From contig JACPHU010000028.1 in assembly GCA_016188495.1 (NCBI GenBank), positions 38,325 through 102,324 of the forward strand: DNA of 64,000 nucleotides, read 5' to 3'. This document shows, piece after piece, positions 17,242-25,816 of this stretch. The position numbers were made by a program, and so were the translations under genes. Every line of letters starts with the position of its first letter. Within the stretch, counting starts at the first letter, position 1. Source of the stretch: Candidatus Uhrbacteria bacterium. GTDB taxonomy: Bacteria > Patescibacteriota > Patescibacteriia > UBA9934 > GWF2-40-263. The notes under the pieces are model-generated. The model searched no databases, had not been told where the DNA came from, and was given only the letters and a program-made list of their open reading frames with translations.

Positions 17242-18726
17242 GTGATGCAGACTGTTATCGATCACAATCGTACTGTCGCCGCCCGTGCGGTTCAGCTCAA
17301 CATTCGGGTCGGAGAGAATCGTTTCCCGGTCATGGATCGCACTGCACTTGCAACCTGGCTCGTCAGTCGGCTCAAAGGAGCCCGTCGGGTTTCGGAAGTT
17401 CAGAATTGGGACGTTTTGCGTCTGCCGGATCTGGACCAGGCTCTGGTCGCCCAGACGCTCGCCGAGTGTCCGGACACATTGAATGTCCTGGGTGTGGATG
17501 TCCTGGTGGAATATCGGGCGCCTTACTGCGGCATACCTCAGGCTCCGCGAGTGTCTCTTCCGGAAGAATTGGTGGCCAAGATGGGTTGGACCAATCTCCC
17601 GGACGAGGGCGTCGTCCTTCCTAGCGGACGGATGGTCGAGGTGTCTTTCTCGATTCGGTCCGGTTACTACGGGACGTCTTTTTTCGGAACCGACATCCTG
17701 CAGCTCAAGGAACAGGTGAGAGATCATTTGAACCAGGGTCAGTGGGATCGCTGGGTCATCAAGCCTGAGATTGTTCTTCCGAATATGTCGGATGCGACCG
17801 TCACCATCCCCGAGATCATCGCCGACGATTATGGTCGGTGTGTGGTCACTGGGCGATATCTTTTCGCCTACGGTACGGTGCAACCCTACCGTTACTACTC
17901 TTCAGACCCGCTGACCTGGAAGTCTTTCTGGACCCGCAATTGGGCGGAGGCTGAGAAGATGCATGCCAAGGCGGTCGCGGAGTTGGAGAAGAATCGCGAA
18001 GCAATCCGTCTCGAGGCCCAGCGTGGGCAGATGATGGAGGAGGTCGAGTCTCTCAAGACCCAGGCGAGCGAGCTGTATAATCTGGCTTACAACCAGTACT
18101 ACAGCGAGTTCGATTCTGATCTGCGTACTCAGATCTACTATCTGCGCAGCCCGTCGTTTTACTCGTCCACCGGTGTGGTGGAGATTAATCGCTGGATCAA
18201 CGAGACCAAGCCGGTTCTGGCGAAGGCGCAAGCCGAAGTCGATCGGATCACTACTCAGCGTGCTGAGGCCGAACGAATTCGTTTGGAGACGGAAGAACTC
18301 GAGAAGCGAGAACTCGAGATCATTCTGCCTTTGGTAGATGATCGTATGAAGGTAGCTCGGGACATCCTTTGTTTTGCCAAGGCGGTTGAATCTCTCAAAG
18401 GGGCTGTCAAGGGAGCCTGTCTTCTTCGCGGTGAACTGTCAGCTTCGTACGGTCGAGCTCGGCGACAACAGGTGTTGCGAGAGGCTCTGCCGACTCTCGA
18501 TGAATATGACAATGCCAGTGGAGTTCTCTACTTCAATCGAGCCGCGGATGTAGATCTGTGGCTTGAAGCGGCGGCAACCTGGCTCGAGTCTCGCAATGGT
18601 GGTCCCGTGGCAGTTTCGAAGAAGTCGGTTCCGAAGCCTTCTTCTACGATATCGGCTCCAACGTCTTCCAACGGCGGTGGGTTTACCCTCGCTGATCTGG
18701 CTGGCAAGTTCAGTTCTCGACGCTAA
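17242..18726 (+). CDS. Hypothetical protein, N-part resembling the HrpA/HrpB C-terminal region, plus coiled coil
   Basis: AGGAGG SD; PDTLNVLGVDVLVEY..PRVSLP recalls Hrp helicase C-terminal domains (by eye). Confidence 0.7.
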   Translation: MMQTVIDHNRTVAARAVQLNIRVGENRFPVMDRTALATWLVSRLKGARRVSEVQNWDVLRLPDLDQALVAQTLAECPDTLNVLGVDVLVEYRAPYCGIPQAPRVSLPEELVAKMGWTNLPDEGVVLPSGRMVEVSFSIRSGYYGTSFFGTDILQLKEQVRDHLNQGQWDRWVIKPEIVLPNMSDATVTIPEIIADDYGRCVVTGRYLFAYGTVQPYRYYSSDPLTWKSFWTRNWAEAEKMHAKAVAELEKNREAIRLEAQRGQMMEEVESLKTQASELYNLAYNQYYSEFDSDLRTQIYYLRSPSFYSSTGVVEINRWINETKPVLAKAQAEVDRITTQRAEAERIRLETEELEKRELEIILPLVDDRMKVARDILCFAKAVESLKGAVKGACLLRGELSASYGRARRQQVLREALPTLDEYDNASGVLYFNRAADVDLWLEAAATWLESRNGGPVAVSKKSVPKPSSTISAPTSSNGGGFTLADLAGKFSSRR

Positions 18727-18788
18727 ACACTCCCCTCACACGAGGGGTTCACAACACGAGGAGGATCGCGCATACGCACGCGCGATCC

Positions 18789-18835
18789 TCTCCTCAATTT
18801 CCTCCGTCACAATAGGGTGATGTGGGATGAGAGGA
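18789..18835 (+). repeat. Direct repeat B, copy 1 (hairpin)
   Basis: 40/47 identical to 19512-19558. Confidence 0.85.
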
Positions 18836-18878
18836 AAGCAAAAAGAAAAACAACCTCAAAGTGAGATTGTTTCCACGC

Positions 18879-18916
18879 ATATTCCCTGAGCGAGGAGTTC
18901 TCGACGAGTCGAAGGG
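18879..18916 (+). repeat. REP-like element family R, copy 4
   Basis: 38 bp identical to 15623-15660. Confidence 0.9.
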
Positions 18917-18928
18917 TTGCATCTAGGA

Positions 18929-19450
18929 TTATGCACGCGGAAAGGGCTCCATGTTCATAATATGTTGCGCTGATTCCACAGGAAGCACTTTATATTTCAC
19001 GAGTTCCTCAACCAAGACGTTGAGTTTACGATCTTCTTTACGCATCAGAACAGTGAAGTCCCCGCGAAGATCACCAAGCTTTTCATCCAAATAGTCTTTT
19101 GTGACCATGTTTGTTTTCAGATAAGAAACGTCTGTTTCAACTCCAGAAAGTCTATTCTCAACTCCAGAAAGACGATTTTCTATCCCCGTAAAACGTTCTT
19201 CTGTATGTTGGGCGAAGGTGTTAATGGTCGATAAAATGTCGTCATTTTGTTGAGCGAGCTTGTCAGTCTCAAGAACGAGCTTATCGGTCTTAAGAACAAG
19301 TTGTTCGTTCTGTTGAGCCAGCTTATCGGTCTTAAGAACAAGTTGTTCGTTCTGTTGAGCGATTTTATCGGTCTTAAGAACAAGTTGTTCGTTCTGTTGA
19401 GCGATTTTATTGATTGCTAAAAGAATATCATTTTGAGTTGGTTCGTTCAT
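18929..19450 (-). CDS. Coiled-coil protein with internal tandem repeats
   Basis: (AQQNEQLVLKTDK[IL])x3, (ENRLSGV)x2, C-terminal MVTKDYLDEKLGDLRGD; TGnTATAAT upstream. Confidence 0.8.
   Translation of the reverse strand: MNEPTQNDILLAINKIAQQNEQLVLKTDKIAQQNEQLVLKTDKLAQQNEQLVLKTDKLVLETDKLAQQNDDILSTINTFAQHTEERFTGIENRLSGVENRLSGVETDVSYLKTNMVTKDYLDEKLGDLRGDFTVLMRKEDRKLNVLVEELVKYKVLPVESAQHIMNMEPFPRA
19281..19406. repeat. 42 bp coding tandem repeat x3
   Basis: Units start at 19281, 19323 and 19365 (TTATCGGTCTTAAGAACAAGTTGTTCGTTCTGTTGAGC....). Confidence 0.95.
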
Positions 19451-19511
19451 ACATTTTGGATTATAACACACAGACGCATTCCTCATAATTTTAGAATAAT
19501 CATCGCATTAT

Positions 19512-19558
19512 TCTCCTCAATTTCCCTCGTCATAATAATGTGATGATGGATGAGAGGA
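19512..19558 (+). repeat. Direct repeat B, copy 2
   Basis: TCTCCTCAATTTCC..CGTCA.AATA..GTGATG..GGATGAGAGGA. Confidence 0.85.
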
Positions 19559-19589
19559 TCTTCCGGGTCAATACAACAAGGAGACACAC

Positions 19590-20477
19590 ATGAGCTTTGC
19601 TCGTGAAGTGTTTTTTGGAAAAGTTGACCTGGACACGCTTGTGACATCTCTTGTTCTAGGACTCAATCCTAGCGAGATATTGTTCAAAGCGGTTGCTGGG
19701 TCCGTGTCTGAGGTCATGCTGGCGGATACGTCCGTGATGGCCATCGAAGTCGGCGGAAGCGGAAGAGTCGCCGAGAATAACTTCGACCATCATTCTTCCA
19801 AAGGAGGGACCACTCTTTCCTCTGCAGCTCAGGCGCTTGAGCGTCTTGCTCGACTTGTCCGCTATGTGGATGAGCTCGATCGGGGTGATCGTCGTGCTGA
19901 GTATGTAAAGGACGGCGGATTTCCATCGCTGTCTCAGCTCATTTCGGGAATGCTCCTTGTTGAGCATAGTCCCAATGTCCGTATGGAAAGAGGACTGGAA
20001 CTCCTCAAAGTCGTTCTTCACAGCGGAATCGATCCGTTTGGTTCCATGGATGCTATTCTGGATTTTATTCCTCAAGGTCGTTTGTATGCCTCCACAAAAC
20101 GGGAGCATGATCGACAGTTTGAGGAAATGTCTAGAACGGCGACGTGGTACACCACAAACGAGGGTCGAAGATTTGCGGTGGTAGAAACTTCCTGGATCGG
20201 CGCGCTGGGTGTTTTATATGGGAAAGGAGCGGATATCGTTCTTGCTCTCAATCCTGAAATGTCCAAGTCGGACGGAAACGGAAGCTACAAAAAATTCACC
20301 CTCGCGGTGAATCGGTCTGTCGTAGATATCACAGTCTTTCCCGTCCTTGAAGAGCTGTTAAAACTCGAAGAGGGATGGGGCGGACCAAATCATGGAGGAA
20401 TCTGCGGGTCTCCGGTTGGAAGAAATTCTGAATTGGAGATTCAACAAGTTGTTCAGATCGTGATCGAGAAACTGTAA
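19590..20477 (+). CDS. DHH/MYG1-like phosphoesterase-fold protein
   Basis: VDLD, IEVGGSG..NFDHH, C-terminal GWGG..GSP; AAGGAG SD. Confidence 0.6.
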   Translation: MSFAREVFFGKVDLDTLVTSLVLGLNPSEILFKAVAGSVSEVMLADTSVMAIEVGGSGRVAENNFDHHSSKGGTTLSSAAQALERLARLVRYVDELDRGDRRAEYVKDGGFPSLSQLISGMLLVEHSPNVRMERGLELLKVVLHSGIDPFGSMDAILDFIPQGRLYASTKREHDRQFEEMSRTATWYTTNEGRRFAVVETSWIGALGVLYGKGADIVLALNPEMSKSDGNGSYKKFTLAVNRSVVDITVFPVLEELLKLEEGWGGPNHGGICGSPVGRNSELEIQQVVQIVIEKL

Positions 20478-20683
20478 AAGACAGAACGTTCATACTCTTG
20501 CGGAATAAAAAAGTAGCCCAAAAAGTGGCGAAATGATGTTCCAGCATGTTTCGGGTGAAAACTCCGCCCGGGACTGGTATCGTTTTGCGCTTTTGCAAGG
20601 CAAACCAGTGAGGCATTCGTGCCTAGCATGACTTCTCTTCCATTTCCGGGCGGAGGCTCGGAAGAGAAGGGGAGTATGAGTAG

Positions 20684-21697
20684 ATGTCGGAGTCCATTTC
20701 TAATCGCAAGCTTCTCGTGATCGCCGGCGGTTCGCCTTCGTCTATCATCGCCACGTATCTCTATTTGAGTGACGGTGGAGTGGACCCTGAGACCGTGCTG
20801 GAGCAGATGAAGGCAGGTGAGATTCAAGTGGTCTTCACTCAGGCCTTTCAGGTCGGTGAGCATCCCAGGTTTGGAGTGAGCGAGGCGCTCAAGGCTGTGC
20901 GTGAACTGCCGAAAGATGGGCAAGTCGTCTGGATCGGACTGGGCGTGAACAACCAGGATCCCCAGATGACCGAGAACATTTTTCGTGAGATCGGCATTGA
21001 TCGCCTCCATGTGGTCTGTGATGAGCATGAGCCCGAGCGCTGGGAAGCTCTCATGGAAAAGCTTGGTTTTGTTTCCGGGCAGTTTTCTCTCAAGACCAAG
21101 CCGGAACATCGTTCGGCTGCCTCCATCGTTGCGGAGGATTTCGGTGTGCCCATTTACGAAATCTTCGTTCAGGCGGGTGATTGGGCCGACAATCGGCAGA
21201 TGGATGTTTCCGATGAGGCACAGAGAATCGCCTTTTCTATCTCGGCCGCAACTAAGCTGAGGATGGGAGACAATGCGTTTCGTGTGACAGCCCTTCTGCA
21301 TCTGTTGGGAGACCGGGAGGCGCGGAAGGAGTTCTACGTTCGTCTTGAGGCTGCGGGTCCGGTGTATGCTGCCGTGGAGGAGGCTTTGGCCAACGCTCAG
21401 ATGCAGGGCCAGATCCTGGTCGTCCATAAGAAGGAGGGCGAGGCGGGTCTGGTCTTCGATGATACCGACGCGATGAACCAGGGGTACGCTCGTGCTCCGT
21501 TTGTGGTTGTCATCGGAGAGAAGTCTGGAGAGGGTCCGTGCATTCAGGTCGGGGTGAACAACAGCCACCCGACTCTGGGCAAGACGAACCTGCTTCAGGT
21601 TCTCGCCGACTTCGGTCCCACAGGAATCGTCCCGAAGGTCGCCATCCGTGGGACCGAGAATCTTTTTGAGATTCTTGTGAGGCTCAACGCTCTGTAA
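20684..21697 (+). CDS. Hypothetical protein, possibly divergent DHH-like
   Basis: 337 aa, GGGGAG SD, VVCDEHE and GDWADNR motifs. Confidence 0.7.
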   Translation: MSESISNRKLLVIAGGSPSSIIATYLYLSDGGVDPETVLEQMKAGEIQVVFTQAFQVGEHPRFGVSEALKAVRELPKDGQVVWIGLGVNNQDPQMTENIFREIGIDRLHVVCDEHEPERWEALMEKLGFVSGQFSLKTKPEHRSAASIVAEDFGVPIYEIFVQAGDWADNRQMDVSDEAQRIAFSISAATKLRMGDNAFRVTALLHLLGDREARKEFYVRLEAAGPVYAAVEEALANAQMQGQILVVHKKEGEAGLVFDDTDAMNQGYARAPFVVVIGEKSGEGPCIQVGVNNSHPTLGKTNLLQVLADFGPTGIVPKVAIRGTENLFEILVRLNAL

Positions 21698-21705
21698 TTT
21701 CATTA

Positions 21706-21791
21706 CTCAGCTCTTGTTACGTACATCTGTATGTAGCAAGGGCTTATTCTCTCAGGATCGCAGGTTCCTCGCCTGTGGTGCTGAGAGGATA
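21706..21791 (+). repeat. Direct repeat C, copy 1 (two hairpins)
   Basis: CTCAGCTCTT..AAGGGCTTATTCTCTCAGGATCGCAGGTTCCTCGCCTGTGGTGCTGAGAGGATA; matches 22566-22652. Confidence 0.9.
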
Positions 21792-21804
21792 GAAATATCT
21801 TAAA

Positions 21805-22092
21805 ATGTTTTTTCGCAACGGAGGAATGATGAGAGTTTTTTCCTTAGCAAATTGTTTTCTTGTTACCGCATGGTTAGTGTATGTGTTTGTGGATCTGGAA
21901 AAATTCAAGGAGCCCAAGATAGTTCATTTGACATGTGCCGGAGTCTATCTCATTACGGGTGGGCTTTTCGGAGTCTCTATGTACGTCGACAGGGTGGAGA
22001 CGTATCGATCGGCACTCTGTTTGATGATCCTCTCTTTTCTTATCGTTGGTGTGGAAATCATTCGCGCCAATATGTGTAAGTCTAAGGTTTAG
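21805..22092 (+). CDS. Small 3-TM hypothetical protein
   Basis: Hydrophobic ORF; GGAGGA SD suggests a start near 21826. Confidence 0.65.
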   Translation: MFFRNGGMMRVFSLANCFLVTAWLVYVFVDLEKFKEPKIVHLTCAGVYLITGGLFGVSMYVDRVETYRSALCLMILSFLIVGVEIIRANMCKSKV

Positions 22093-22104
22093 AAAGGAAA
22101 GAAA

Positions 22105-22560
22105 ATGTATTATATCGACACAGATCGCTCACCCACGTTGAGTACGCCCGGGATGGAGTTCGATGAAGTGTATGGGCATCGAACCTATGGAGAGAGGGTG
22201 TGGAATCCTCAGATAGCAGGTCTGTACTTTTCTCGAAAACAGACTTCAGGATCGTTTATCGATCAGTATGGTATTCGTGAGGCACTCAAGACCGAGTGTC
22301 CCATGAATGCCAACATGCTGGATTTTTTTCTGGAGCATCCGGAAGAGATCCCTCCAGGATGGGGGCGTTCTTGTTACAAGACGATCTATTTCTTCGGTAC
22401 CTTGCTCAAGCGGACGGGTCGTCTATTCGTTCGATGCCTCATCCGTCAGGATGATGGGACGTACATTGGCGGGTATCACGAATTGGACTGTTCCGCTCAG
22501 GATGTACGATGGTCCAATGATCCGGTCGCGGTCCATCTCTTTTTTGACATGCTCCTTTGA
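22105..22560 (+). CDS. Hypothetical protein (NANxLDF..HPEEIP..W..IYFFGT..VRCL family)
   Basis: AAAGGA SD; motif recalled as frequent in CPR genomes. Confidence 0.7.
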   Translation: MYYIDTDRSPTLSTPGMEFDEVYGHRTYGERVWNPQIAGLYFSRKQTSGSFIDQYGIREALKTECPMNANMLDFFLEHPEEIPPGWGRSCYKTIYFFGTLLKRTGRLFVRCLIRQDDGTYIGGYHELDCSAQDVRWSNDPVAVHLFFDMLL

Positions 22561-22565
22561 ATAAT

Positions 22566-22652
22566 CTCAGCTCTTCTGTCGTATGTACGGTATACAGAAG
22601 GGCTTATTCTCTCAGGATCGCAGGTTCTCTCGCCTGTGGTGCTGAGAGGATA
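22566..22652 (+). repeat. Direct repeat C, copy 2
   Basis: Second hairpin identical to copy 1 except one inserted T; first hairpin differs but still pairs. Confidence 0.9.
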
Positions 22653-22725
22653 AGAAATTATTCATTTCGAATCCTTTTTCGTACTGAATCAGTGATAGTA
22701 ACAACAGAGAAAGGAGTCCTTTAAA

Positions 22726-23145
22726 ATGGACAGGAACGATGAGGATAAGGTTTTTTCAGACGAGAAACTTTCAGACCATACGGATCATCCGGAAGTGTCT
22801 GAGTCTTTTTATGGTGCATGGGATAGGTTGATCGATCATCTGTCTTTTCGCCACTCTATAGAGAGCGATATGGATGTCGGGACTCCTCCCTATGAGGAGA
22901 GCCGATATTTCGGATGGGGAGATGAAGGTGATGAGCTCGACGATGGCTACGATGAACCTGAGTCGTGGCTCCCAGATGATTGTGAGTATGAAGATGACTA
23001 CCGCGGTCCCGATTCCATGTTGAATGAGTCGGATGATGAACCGGAAGGGGAGCACGACTGGCAGATGGAGGTGTGTGCGCATGCAATTGCAGGCTATGAA
23101 CACCTCGAAAATCTTCCTCGATTCGAAAAGATGAGAAGGTCTTGA
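22726..23145 (+). CDS. Highly acidic hypothetical protein
   Basis: AAGGAG SD, D/E-rich 139 aa. Confidence 0.7.
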   Translation: MDRNDEDKVFSDEKLSDHTDHPEVSESFYGAWDRLIDHLSFRHSIESDMDVGTPPYEESRYFGWGDEGDELDDGYDEPESWLPDDCEYEDDYRGPDSMLNESDDEPEGEHDWQMEVCAHAIAGYEHLENLPRFEKMRRS

Positions 23146-23161
23146 ACATAAGGAGGGTCAT

Positions 23162-23680
23162 GTGCAGATAGGACGTCCGAAAGATCGTCTTTCCTCTGTA
23201 GAGCTTCGTGAGTTGTTTGCCAATAAAATCAGAGATTTCGACAGTGGGCGCGGGATGGAAATTCCTCATCGGTTCCCCGATGAGTTGGAAGGTCTGTGTT
23301 TCAGCCTGTGTGTCTTGGACAGAGTGATCGGAAATCTGTTTGCACGTACGGACGAATCTGCTTGCGAATACCCGGTGGTTCGCGCGTATGCTTGTTGGAC
23401 TATCGTAGCCCTCACGAGGAATCGCAGAATCACCAATGAGCATCCTGATGAGGAAGCTCAGGTTCAAGCGTTGGTTGAGTTTTTGATCAAGGAGACTCGC
23501 TGGACGGATCGTCAGATCGAATATCCGCGTTCTCAGTCAGGTTTCATGAACCTTGTTGACGAACTCAATGAGGAACAGAGACTCCTTTCTTTGGAAGAGA
23601 CAGAGCCGGGTTTGGATGAAGACTATCCAGACGAGGAAGACGATCATTTCGGTCGTCTGATCGGATGGATTGAAAAGTAA
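23162..23680 (+). CDS. Hypothetical protein
   Basis: AGGAGG SD 5 nt before GTG. Confidence 0.7.
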   Translation: MQIGRPKDRLSSVELRELFANKIRDFDSGRGMEIPHRFPDELEGLCFSLCVLDRVIGNLFARTDESACEYPVVRAYACWTIVALTRNRRITNEHPDEEAQVQALVEFLIKETRWTDRQIEYPRSQSGFMNLVDELNEEQRLLSLEETEPGLDEDYPDEEDDHFGRLIGWIEK

Positions 23681-23686
23681 TAATCT

Positions 23687-23731
23687 CACCCGAGTTCGTT
23701 GCATTACGCGCACGACTCGGGTTTTATTTTT
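23687..23731 (+). terminator. Terminator closing the accessory array
   Basis: ACCCGAGT..ACTCGGGT followed by TTTATTTTT. Confidence 0.7.
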
Positions 23732-23826
23732 ATCTATCCACATCTTTGTTCTCCCAGAACCGTCTAAATACGTTACAATAGGGACACGCTTGAGGCGTAA
23801 CCGCCATGCAACGTCTCTCTATAAAA

Positions 23827-25677
23827 ATGACAACTTCTTTTTTGCGCACGGTTCTTCTTGCCGTTGTGGCTTTTTTGTTTTTCTTTTTTGTTTTTGCCGC
23901 ACATCCCGCACTGGCTCAACAGACAGCCTTTGAAAAATTTGGCGAGGCTTCCACGCTTCCAACCGATGATATCGCGATCATCGTTGCGCGAGTTATTCGG
24001 GCTATTTTTGGAGTTGTTGGGATTATTTTTACCGGATTAGTGATTTATGCGGGATTTCTTTATTTTCTTGCGCGCGGGGAACCAGAACCTGTCAAAAAAT
24101 CCAAAAAAATTCTTCAACAGTCCATCATCGGGTTGATTCTGATGTTTTCGTCCTACAGTATCGCAACCTATATTTTAAACCGTCTTCTTGAAGCGGCCTT
24201 CACCAGCAGTGTGTCCTCGACTGCAGAAGCTTACAGTGAACCGTTATCCGGCGCGTTGGGCGGTGGCATTATCGACGATCACTATCCAGAACGTAATGCA
24301 ACAGATATCCCTCGCAATACAAGAATTTTTGTCAGTTTTAAAGAAGCGATCGACCCTGCCAGTCTTATAGAAGGGTATGAGTCTAATCCTGATTCGACCG
24401 CGTTGAATACTGATAGCGTGCTTATTTATCCAACCGATGATGGATCCGGAAGCGCGTTGCTTTCCGATCAGGTGGTGGTGACGTTTGACGAAGAACAGAA
24501 AGTGTTCGTGTTCGATCCTGTCGGTTACTTGGGAAGTGCGGATAAAGACATCAATTACACAGTGACACTTACCACAGAAATCCAAAAAGCGGACGGAAGC
24601 GATGCTTTTACAGGAGCGTATTCGAGCGGTTATGAATGGACCTTTGAAGTTTCAACCGAAATCGATCTCACGCCTCCCTATATTACGTCCGTGGTTCCAA
24701 AACAGGATGCAAAAGAACCTCGAAATGTCACGATCGAAATAAATTTCAGCGAAGCGATGGATCCGGTGGCAAGCACTGGTTCTTATCTTGTCAGTCAGGA
24801 TCCTCTTTTTACCAATATTCAAGTTCTGGATGAAAGCGGAAAGAATGTTGAAGGAGCATTTGAAATAAGCAACGGATATCGCACTGTCAGTTTTACCACG
24901 ATCGACGCCTGCGGAGAGGATCCTTGCGGGGATACCATTTACTGTCTCCCAACCAATCAGTTGATTACATCTTTTGCCAAAGCGGCCACCTTGAATGATG
25001 CGGAAGTTCCGCAGGCAAAATCCAGCGGAGTCACATTTGACGGGTTGGTGGATTCCGCAGCCAATTCGCTTGACGGAGATCATGACGGGGATGCCTGCGG
25101 ATCTGAATTGGATACGGTCAGCTGTAAGGACGAGGAAGCAAACGACAACTATCAGTGGACGTTTACTACGACCGATGAAATCAATGACATTGTTCCTCAA
25201 GTCGTTTCTGTAAATCCTGGAATAGAAGAAGATGAAATCAGCCAGACCAATGACGTAGAAGTGAGATTTAATACGTTTCTCAAGTCTTCTACCGTAAAAA
25301 CCGACAGTGTTTCACTTTGGCCGGATCCTTATTATGAATTTTGGTTCGCTGTTAGGAAGGATAATACCGATACGGAAACAGTCGTACATCTTGAACATCC
25401 GACGTTGGTGAGCACGGATGAAGGAGGATGGGATTACTGGCCGGTACTGACTCACGAGATAAAGAGTACGTATCAGATCTGTATGTATCCTGCGATCGGC
25501 CCGAATTCTTGTCTGGATCCGGATACAGGTCGTAGGTCAGCCAATGCTCCTTATTGCTGCAACGGGGTTCCTTCCGCTTCACAGTGTCAGACGGATACAC
25601 AGGACGAAGTGGATGGAACACTCTATCCGGTACCGAACGATTACGTTTTGCCTAATAATACAGAAACTGAATTGTAA
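23827..25677 (+). CDS. Surface protein: signal peptide, TrbC/VirB2-like pilin TM hairpin, bacterial Ig-like domains
   Basis: ALA-QQ cleavage-like site, LVIYAGFLYFLARGEPEPVKKSKKILQQSIIGL, repeated P..N..I.V.FSE.MD..Y.WTF.T. Confidence 0.85.
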   Translation: MTTSFLRTVLLAVVAFLFFFFVFAAHPALAQQTAFEKFGEASTLPTDDIAIIVARVIRAIFGVVGIIFTGLVIYAGFLYFLARGEPEPVKKSKKILQQSIIGLILMFSSYSIATYILNRLLEAAFTSSVSSTAEAYSEPLSGALGGGIIDDHYPERNATDIPRNTRIFVSFKEAIDPASLIEGYESNPDSTALNTDSVLIYPTDDGSGSALLSDQVVVTFDEEQKVFVFDPVGYLGSADKDINYTVTLTTEIQKADGSDAFTGAYSSGYEWTFEVSTEIDLTPPYITSVVPKQDAKEPRNVTIEINFSEAMDPVASTGSYLVSQDPLFTNIQVLDESGKNVEGAFEISNGYRTVSFTTIDACGEDPCGDTIYCLPTNQLITSFAKAATLNDAEVPQAKSSGVTFDGLVDSAANSLDGDHDGDACGSELDTVSCKDEEANDNYQWTFTTTDEINDIVPQVVSVNPGIEEDEISQTNDVEVRFNTFLKSSTVKTDSVSLWPDPYYEFWFAVRKDNTDTETVVHLEHPTLVSTDEGGWDYWPVLTHEIKSTYQICMYPAIGPNSCLDPDTGRRSANAPYCCNGVPSASQCQTDTQDEVDGTLYPVPNDYVLPNNTETEL

Positions 25678-25807
25678 GAGATCTTTGCAAAACTCGCGAT
25701 CTTGCCCTTCACGGGCGCCCGTTGACCACACTCTCCCTATGAGGAATAGGCTTCGTGCGGCAGGGCAGCCCGTTCAAGACAATCTCATCGAGTTTTGTAA
25801 AGATCTC
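25678..25807 (+). repeat. Palindromic element family P, copy 3 (intergenic)
   Basis: IR GAGATCTTTGCAAAACTCG/CGAGTTTTGTAAAGATCTC; shared core. Confidence 0.92.
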
Positions 25808-25816
25808 ATAAACCAC

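Noticed and set aside
19281-19406. CRISPR-like repeat
   Set aside because: Contiguous 42 bp in-frame coding repeats without unique spacers
20453-21703. 416 aa minus-strand ORF (also 13285-14034, 14101-14868, 17143-17883 and 52856-53536)
   Set aside because: Antisense shadows of motif- or SD-supported genes; expected from codon bias, with no motifs or SD of their own
21744-21791. Glycine riboswitch (CTCTCAGG) in repeat C
   Set aside because: No GGAGA or CCGAAG aptamer motifs, and CTCTCAG is paired with CTGAGAG in a simple hairpin
15573-22652. Classical integron attC array or CRISPR array
   Set aside because: No RYYYAAC/GTTRRRY boxes, no intI, no regular repeat-spacer period and no cas genes
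25544-25816. N-terminal extension of the giant ORF through the P element, or a frameshift fusion with the upstream gene
   Set aside because: The extension is the stop-free palindromic element; a proper signal peptide starts at ATG 25817 and no slippery site was seen
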